From Ptychomitrium polyphyllum (taxonomy: Eukaryota): DNA of 64,000 nt. Shown here piece by piece: positions 55,241-64,000 of this stretch; the stretch's first letter is position 1, and each line of letters starts with the position of its first letter. Location of the stretch: positions 13,950,001 through 14,014,000 of the forward strand of contig OZ316775.1 in NCBI GenBank assembly GCA_973851085.1, given 5' to 3'. Made by a program: the position numbers and the translations under genes. The notes beneath the pieces were generated by a model. It did not search any database, had not been told where the DNA came from, and saw nothing but the letters and a program-made list of their open reading frames with translations.

Positions 55241-56384
55241 TATCGCAACCCTTATAAGGTACCTTAGCAAGCGTTACGCGTGTCAATCCTGTACACCCCC
55301 ACATGCACATGGTTAATCTCCATTTTCACTATCCAAGTCTTTCTACCATTTCTCTTAGGGTACCCAATTTATTAGTAGCCAATGGTTAGGTGCGGACTTC
55401 CATTCATGTCCAAGGCCTCGTTGGTATTACTCCCATTCCACACGACCTAACTGCACTTAGTAGTGTCTCCTCACCACCACTCATGATGCCCATGTGATTC
55501 TAAGATCACCTGGGCCATCATGGTGCCGGCGTAAAGACACCACCTCAACTTAGTGGTTACAAGCGTACCCTTTTGAACGTGCTGATTCCCTTCGTGAAAC
55601 CGGCCGTCCATCGGCTCACAATGGTATGGGAGTCCCCGTGGTGAAGCTCCAACACTAGCTCCACCAACCGGGACTCACCTTTGGTCTCTACTGGGACACT
55701 AGGGGAGTGGGGATGGGGACCAGCCCTCCCTTATAGTACTCTCTGTGGAATTTGGCAGGCCCCGTGGCCCTCTGTAGCTGGCTGAACCCTGACACACCTA
55801 GAATTTTGGAAGACCACCCGATTTTCCTTGGGACTTAGCCGCTGGAAGCCTTCGGGACTCCCAGCGGACCTTTAGGGAGCCATATCTTCTTCATCCGGTG
55901 CCCGAATGTATCAAGCGACCACTCTATCGTCATTTACTTTTTGCGTAGATGCCGATAGACTCCTCAAACGTCCGATTTGAGTTAGTATTTTAGGAGATAC
56001 GCCTCTCCCAAGGTTTGGGACTCCCGGGGAGTCCCTCCCTGGACTGTCCCACTCCAGTACAGTCACTGAGTAGGGCTTCCACACTCAAGAACAGCCCCTT
56101 GGCAACTCCAACTTTGGGATGCCATAACTTTTAGCTCTCTTGTCCGATTTGGACAATCTTTAGCAATCTAAAATCAGCTCTTCGTGATTCTTCCAATGCC
56201 AGCCATCTATCCCTCGTGGCCCTTGGTCTACATGGGCAAGGATGTTTCTTCCCCTTAGGGATCCTTCCCACGCTAGGCCCACTCGGTTTCTCTCACTATC
56301 GGCGCCACAAGTCCCGGACGTTACTCCGGGGTCCCCCTTGTGCCCTTAGTGTTGCGGGCACTCCTCAAGGAGAGGTGTGCGACA
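55241..56384 (-). mobile_element. Family C element copy 5 (at the start of RT)
   Basis: tatcgcaa...gtgcgaca termini; perfect TSD AGAAC. Confidence 0.92.
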
Positions 56385-58139
56385 AGAACATTGTCCTTAC
56401 AACTGTGCCATAGACCTCCAAGATGGTGCCCAGCCACCATTTGGACCTATCTATAATTTATCCCAAAACGAGCTTTCATCATTAAGGGAGTATGTCGATG
56501 AAAACTTAGCCAAGAACTTCATTCCAAATTCTAAATCATCTGCTGGTACCCCAATATTTTTTGTAAAAAAGAAAGCTGGATGTTTATGAATGTGTATCAA
56601 TTACCGCGGCTTTAAGAAAATGTCGGCAAAGAAACGATATCCATTGCCGCTAGTATTCAGACTTCTTAACAACTTGGTCAAGCAAAGATCTATATAAAAA
56701 TAGACATGCAAGGAGCTTACAATTTGGTGCGCATCAAAGAAGGAGACAAATGAAAGACAACTTTTTGAACAAGGTATGGACATTTTGAATACAATGTCAT
56801 GCCTTTTGGATTTATCAACACACCCGCAATTTTTTAGCACTTGATAAATGGCATATTCTGGAAGTGCCTTGATGATTTTGTTGTATGTTATTTAAATGAT
56901 ATCTTAATCTATTCAAAGAATCCAGATGAACATGAACAATATGTTTGCATAATCTTACAAAAAACTACAAGATGTTGGTTTGTATGCCAAGCTAGAGGAA
57001 TGTATATTCTATGAACCTCAAGAGGATTTCCTTCAATATATCATCTCCAACAAAGGATTATTAATAGATCCAAAGAAGGTCAAAGCAATCAACAATTGGA
57101 CAAGGCCAAAATTGATATGTGATGCTCAACGTTATTTGGATTTGTAAACTTCTATAGGATCTTCATCAAAGACTATTTTCAAATACCTGCATTACTCACA
57201 CGACTAACATGCAAGGAAAAGCCTGAATGGGGATCCAATGCTAAGGATCCATTTTAAAGCTTAAAATAAGCTTTTATCACAACTCCTATTTTGGTCCATC
57301 TGGACTTTTTAAAGCAATTTTATCTTGAAACAAATGCTTTTGAATTTGCACTAAGAGCTATTTTGTCACAAACAAGAAGAGAAAGGAGATTCCATTCAAT
57401 TGCATTCCATTCCAGAAAACTTTCAACTGCAAAAATCAACTACAAGATCTTTGATAAGGAACTCTTTGCAATTGTGGATTCATTCCAAGAATGGCATTTC
57501 TTCCTCAAGGGTACCGCGCATCCAATTATTGTATATACAGATTACAAGAATTTGGAATATTTCATGTTAGTCTATGTTTTGAATCACCGCCAAGCTTCTT
57601 GGAGTATGTCTCTATTTTGATTTAATTTTTTCATCACATATAGATCCAAAAAACAACAAGGGTTATTAGATGCTTTGTCAAAGCAATCATATCTTGCGCC
57701 GAAGGAGGAAGAGGCAAGACATGATCAACAACAAGCAACTTTGTTGAAATCTAAACAATTTTGTGTACGTACAACTACTATTTCAGCTCTAATGGATTTG
57801 TCATTTCTTGACAAGGTGAATGTGGCATCTACTAAGGACCCTCTTATTCTTGATATCAAATATTGTTCCAATAACCTCCCTAAACATGTGTCTAAGTTCA
57901 AATTAAAAGACAACATTTTTTACTTTGAAGAATGTCTATATATCCCTGAGGGACTAGTTTGCCTTTATAAACTTCAAATACGTCATGACTTTCTTGCGAC
58001 TCAACATTTTGGATTCAACAAAACCTTACTTCTCTTCTCTATCAACTTTTGGTGGCCTCAAATGTGGAAGGTTGTTAAAGAATTTGTATTGTCGTGTAAC
58101 ACCTACTCTTGGTCAAAGGATCCTTCACACCATCTATAT

Positions 58140-58367
58140 TGTCACGAACAAAGATCATGCAACATAGTTGTTAGAACATCCTAAAACCTTCTTGTATATT
58201 GTAGTAGCTTCTTAATTTACTTTTAAATGTCTCCATAGCCTTTCCATGTTCATAAAGCTTCCTAAAGAAAATTCTTCTACCTTAGAACACATCGTATAAA
58301 GACTCCATCATCTCAAGTAACTTCCTAGGTAACTTCTACTACATTCAAAAACTTCCTAGGAAGGTTC
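58140..58367 (+). mobile_element. 5' part of an older family-A-like LTR, interrupted by the element starting at 58368
   Basis: tgtcacgaacaaagatcatgcaacatag start parallels tgtcacggacataaatcatgcaacatag at 58368. Confidence 0.8.
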
Positions 58368-61300
58368 TGTCACGGACATAAATCATGCAACATAGTCTTT
58401 AGAACATTCTAAAACCTTCTAGTATACTATAATAGCTTCTTAGAATACTTTTAGATGTCTCCATAGCCTTTTTATGTATTTAGGAAGCTTCCTAGGAAAG
58501 TTCCACCACCTTAGAAAACTTCCTAGGAAACTTCCTAGGAAGGTTCTATCATCTTAGGTTATTTTCTAGGAAACTTCCTAGGACGGTTCCATCATTATAG
58601 GAAACTTCCTATGAAGGTTCCATCACCTTAGGAAACTTCCTAGGAAGGTTCTAAGTCTTTAGGAAACTTCCTAAGAAGGTTCCGCTACCTTAGTGAATTT
58701 CCAAGGAAGGTTCCTTAGACTTCCAGAACATTCTTAAGCCTTGTAGGAAGCTTCTTTAGAAGTATCCCAGGAGATACAAACGTCCTAGTATAAATAAGAG
58801 GCAAGACAAAGTATTCCTTAGTCTTGCCAACACAAATTGTGGATCATCTTGAATCCTGCCTTGTTCTAGGCTTTGTATCAAAGTTCTTATTAATCATTAG
58901 CTCTTTGGAAGCTAATTCTTGGGAAACACTTCGTTTCTGCTTCTTGTTTCTTGTGTCCCTAATAGTTTTGGCAAAACTACACTTCATCTTTGTCAAAGCT
59001 AAGGTTCTTTGAAGAAGATTGTGGATTACTCATTTTCTTTAGGATTCCATAGCGTTTTAGAAGTTGCGGATTACCCTCCTCTAAGCTGGCACCATAGAGT
59101 TGGTTTCTCCTTCTAGAACCAAATATTACTTCATTCAAAGGACATGGATTTTCTTCCTTTGAAGGTACTCATAGTCTTTCTGTCTTTGAGAGTTTTGAGA
59201 AATGGATAACGTGCCTGGAACATCAGAGAATAGGTTTGCAACTATTGCAAACCTTCAAGAATTATTAAACACAATTTGAACGGAATTCGCCTGTTTTAAT
59301 ACCACCAATAATTTGGAGCAACACACTCGACAAGCTGAAGAAACCAATGGTGATATTCAAAACCTATATCAAGAGGTTGTTTGATTGCAAGAGGCCAATA
59401 TTGGAAGAGAAGGCTTACATTGACCCCACGCAGAGCCAAAGATTAGCATGCCAAACAAGTTCGATGGATCAAGATCAAAATTGAGAGGCTTTGTTCAACA
59501 AGTAAGACTCTTCCTTACTTTGCATCAATCTCGCTATCCTGATGGCACAACTCAAGTGGAATTTGTGGCCACTCTTTTATCAAACAATGCACTATCGTGG
59601 TTTGCATCACTAATAGAGAAACAGTCACCATTATTGAACAACTTAGATGCTTTCATAGAAGCATTAACATCTACTTTTGGAAACACCGACTAAAGAGGGT
59701 GGCTGAAACAAGGATCTAGAGTTTCCAACAAAGACAGCACTCAGCTGCTACATATACTGCAGAATTTCGGCAATTAGCTTGCGACCTTGATTGGAATGAT
59801 AAAGCCTTGGTTTTACAATTTTGATGGGGATTAAAAGAGAATGTAAAGGACTTGCTACTCACAATCCCAAGAGTTGAAACATTGGACGAATTCATCACTC
59901 AAGCAATAGCATGTGACAACAGACTATTTGAGAGGCGCCAAGAACAACGCTTGGGATGGCGACCAATACATCAAAACATGGCTACCACTTCTTCAAGAAT
60001 ATTGGAAAATCGACCACAAGAACCAAAACCTATGCAAATTGATGCTGCCCAGTTCAGACGCTTGACTCCAAAAGAAAAAAAAAGGCGTCAAAGAAAAAAC
60101 CTATGTTTGTATTGTGGCAAGTCTAGACATAAAGTACGCAATTGCCAAATCAAAGGATCTGCCTTTAAGGCTCAAAGCACAATGGTGGAGTTGAAAAACA
60201 AGGCTATCTAGTCACAGTAGGGACCATGCAACTGGACACCACAAGGAAACGACCATCAAATCAAGGTCTCTTACTACCTTCAAGCCCTACCTCTTGTTTT
60301 ACATTTCCTATTAAAATTAAATTATTAGATGATGAAATCATTAGTGAGGCTCCTTCAGACACTGGTGCAACGGCATGATTTATGGACAAGGATTTTGCAA
60401 CCAAACATCACATGGTACTTGTAAAGAAGAAATATTCTGCACCTGTTGAAGTTATTGATGGACGATCTCTTGCATGTGGCAACGTTATTGAAGAAACTCA
60501 ACTTGTAGACGTTCTTTTAGGAGACCAAACATCTAAGATTGTTTTCAACATCTTTCAATGCCGAACAAATCCTATTGTTTTGGGCCTTCCTTGGTTTGAA
60601 TTACATAATCCAGATATTGATTGGCGCTCACGGAGTGTGGTCTAAAGGAAAAGGCGTCAAGATATGAGAAATCTTGGGCCATCATTTATTGGAGCTAAGG
60701 CATTTATGAGAGCGGCAAAAGATGAAGCAATCTATGCCGTTTATGCCACGCCTATGTTTAGCTCAACAATAGAGACTAATCAAAATATACCTCGTCAATA
60801 TCAAGATTATAAAGACGTTTTTTAAAAGAAGAATGCGGACATGTTACCAAAGCATCGACCTTACGATTGTACCATTGAGTTGCAAGAAGGAGCCCAACCA
60901 CCTTTTGGACCTATTTATAACTTATCACAAACTGAGTTGGCTGCCTTGAGAGAATATATTGATGAAAACCTTAGAAAGGGTTTCATTCAACATTCTAAAT
61001 CACCTATTAAAGCATCCATTCTATTTGTAAAGAAGAAAGATGGATCATTACGTATGTGCGTGGATTATCAAGGTCTCAATAAAGTAACAAAAAGGAATCA
61101 CTATCCATTACCATTAATCTCAAGACTCTTACAACAACTTGGCCAAGCAAAGATATTCACAAAAATTGACCTTAGAGGAGCCTACAATCTTGTACGCATC
61201 AAAGGAGGAGATGAATGGAAGACAACTTTTCGATCTAGGTATGGTCATTTTGAATACAATGTCATGCCTTTTGGCCTTACGAATGCCCCCACGGTCTTCC

Positions 61301-63712
61301 AACATATGATGAATGATATCTTTCATGAACATTTGGACGATTTTATAGTCATGTACTTGGATGACATCCTGATATATTCAAAGGATGAACAAGACCACAA
61401 ATGTCATGTGCAATTGGTCTTAGAAAAACTACGCCAGCGAGGATTATATGCCAAATTGGAGAAGTGCCTTTTCCATGAATCTTCGGTTGAATTTTTAGGC
61501 TACATCATTTCCAAACAAGGAATCCATATGGATAATAAAAAAATAAGCACTGTCATGGAGTGGAGTACGCCAAGATCAATTCAAGATGTTCAATGCTTCT
61601 TGGGATTTGCAAATTTCTACAGGATATTCATCAAGAATTATTCTAAGATTGCGGCACCATTAACACGTCTTACGGGGAAGCAAAAATTCATTTGGGATGA
61701 AAAGGCGGAAAAAGCATTTCAAAGTCTTAAGAAGTCATTCACGTCGGCTCTAATTCTTATTCATCCAAGTCCATCAAAGCCTTCTTATTTGGAAGCGGAT
61801 ACTTCAAATTTTGCGCTTGGCTCAGTATTCTCTCAATATGATGAAGACGGGAGACTTCATCCTCTTGACTTTTGTTCAAGGAAGTTCTCAGCGGCAGAGA
61901 TCAACTATGATATACATGATAAAGAATTACTTGCAATTATGGATGCGTTTGACGAATGGCTACACTTATTGGAAGGAGCTCAACATACCATCACAATATA
62001 CACAAACCACAAGAATTTGGAGTATTTCATGAGTGCGCGTGTTTTGAATCGCCATCAAGCAAGGTGGAGTATGTCGCTTTCCAGATTTGACTTTGTCATT
62101 CCCTATCGATCTGGTAGCTTGCAAGGTAAGCCAGATGCCTTATCTTGAAGATCTTATTTAGCTCCTCAACCTGAAGATGATGTTTTGAATCAACAAAGGA
62201 TTATTTTATTGAAACCAGAGAATCTTCAATTGAAAGCAGTGATTATAACAACAACATCCCATCTTCACAAAATTTGGAAAGCTTTGAAGAATGACGTCTT
62301 TGTTTCAAAAATAAAGAAGCGCCTCAAAGACAATGGAGGTCCTTCAAATAGCGATGAAGACTTTGAATTCCAAAAGGGCCTACTTTATTATAAAGGACTT
62401 TTGTACCTACTTCCAGGCCCTTTGCGATTGAAGATCCTTCAAGCACGTCATGATTTTCTAGCAGTAGGACATTTTGGATTCAATAAAACAATGGAGTTGA
62501 TTGTAAGGGACTATTGGTGGCCACAAATGTAGAAATACGTGAAGGACTTTGTTTGATCATGCGACACTTGTGCAAGAGCCAAGGTACCAAGGCACCCACC
62601 TCATGGTCTCCTCCATCCGCTTCCAGTGCCAAAGGGCCCATGGTTGTTTTTATCAATGGATTTTATCACGGACCTTCCAAACTCCGATTCTAAGGATTAT
62701 ATTTTGGTAGTGGTAGATTGATTTACCAAAATGGCACATTTCATTCCATGCAACAAGACGGTAATGGGAAAAGAAATTGCCAAGTTGTTCCTAAATCACA
62801 ACTACCGCATACATGGACTACCAGATGATATTGTATCCGATCGAGGGCCGCAGTTCATTTCCAACTTTTGGAGGGCTCTATTCTAGGTGTTGCGTGTAAA
62901 GATCAATCTTTCTTCAGCACACCATCCGCAAACTGATGGCCAAACCGAACGTGTAAATTAAATTTTGGAACAGTACCTTTGTTGTAGCATAAACTACCAG
63001 CAAGACAATTGGATGGACCTCTTGACTTTGGCAGAATTTGCTTACAACAATACGGTGCATTCTTCAACAACTCAAAGTCCATTGTTTGCAAACTATGGCC
63101 ATCAACCTTGAACAGATCCATTTCAAATGAAGCATATTGGAAGCCTTCAACAGAGGATTTTGCAATTCAACTTGCTAAAATCCATCAAGAAATTATCTTT
63201 CGGTTACAACAAGCTCAAGATTGTCACAAAACTTATGCAGATTTCCATCAAAAGGACCATCCAAAGTTCAAGGTTGGAGATAACGTATGGCTCCTATAAC
63301 AAAATATACAAACAAAAAGACCATCAAAGAAGTTGGACTATCAAAGGCTGAGACTGTTTGAAATCAACAAACAAATAAATCCGGTTAATTATCGCCTAAA
63401 GCTACCACCAAGCATGCAAATTCATCTTGTATTCCATGTATCGTTGTTGGAAACCTATAACAAATCATGTATATTAGAGAGAATTGTCCCTCCACCTCTT
63501 TTGCTGGAAATCAATAATGAAATTGAATATGAAGTGGAAGAGATCTTAGATTCACGCATCAAGAATGGACGTATGGAGTACCTTATACATTGGCAAGGAT
63601 ATGGCATCAATGACCGAACATGGGAACCTTCAACAAATGTAACAAATGCATTTGAGAAGGTACTCGAATTTCATCGAAGATATCCTCAGAAACCAGGTCA
63701 GTGATGATATGT
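58368..63712 (+). mobile_element. Ty3/gypsy chromovirus (Tcn1-like), family A: 5' LTR 58368-58964, gag with CCHC knuckle, PR, RT, RNase H, integrase, chromodomain; disabled; no 3' LTR seen in the window
   Basis: MPNKFDGSRSKLRGF gag; CLYCGKSRHKVRNC; RT YLDD (ORF 60841-62148); INYDIHDKELLAI; GHFGFNKT..YWWP; YEVEEILDSR..YLIHWQGY..TWEP chromodomain (~63525-63704). Confidence 0.95.
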
Positions 63713-64000
63713 CATCAGTAGCCGTTAGCTTCATAGAGAAGTTTTTCCTTCATAGACAAGTATAAAAAGGGAGGAGAGATATCCAAACTTCCAATTGTAT
63801 GCAATATTATTTCTAAGATTTATCATTTTTAGATCCTAGCTAGTATGTTAAATCTTCGTGTTATTATAGATATGCGTGAAGAATAATTGGCCATGCCTTC
63901 ATCAACAACAGCATCTGTTGAACCAACTCAACTTTCTCAGCCCTTGGTAACGGAGGATCTAAATCAAAATTTGAGATGGACATCCCAATGTTGAGTACAT

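Larger units (their letters stand above)
51869..58139 (+). mobile_element. Decayed Ty3/gypsy element, family B (5' LTR 51869-52227; gag-PR-RT-RH-start of IN), carrying two family C insertions and cut at 58140 by a further insertion
   Basis: QPPFGPIYNLSQNEL, INYKIFDKELFAIV and HFGFNKT..FWWPQM motifs; numerous stops and frameshifts. Confidence 0.9.

Overview
Eukaryotic, intron-containing plant DNA. The organism is most likely a moss such as Physcomitrium; this is an inference from Tcn1-type chromoviruses, a ThrE-family gene and an axonemal-type beta-tubulin. Gene islands alternate with AT-rich nested transposon blocks. Four apparently intact protein genes are supported: a 5-exon beta-tubulin (5521-7871, +), a ThrE/DUF1212 threonine-serine exporter-like membrane protein (~23176-26271, +), an MFS glycerol-3-phosphate permease (27701-30112, +) and a single-CDS-exon DUF740-like Ser/Arg-rich protein (35837-37231, -). 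The transposon blocks (~9.3-21.0 kb and ~40.3-64 kb) hold three decayed Ty3/gypsy internal regions, solo LTRs of two AT-rich families, and five TSD-flanked copies of a GC-rich 1.15-kb TG...CA element. They also hold a MULE-like transposase relic and a near-perfect 6 x 85 bp array. The most notable observations are: co-varying 11-nt self-priming signals in two LTR families; an EGEF axonemal motif and two extra introns in the tubulin; a cox1 NUMT among three P1BS sites upstream of the permease; tandem spliced uORFs; and miRNA-like fold-backs at 4.5-4.9 kb. All alignments and translations outside the supplied ORF track were done by eye.
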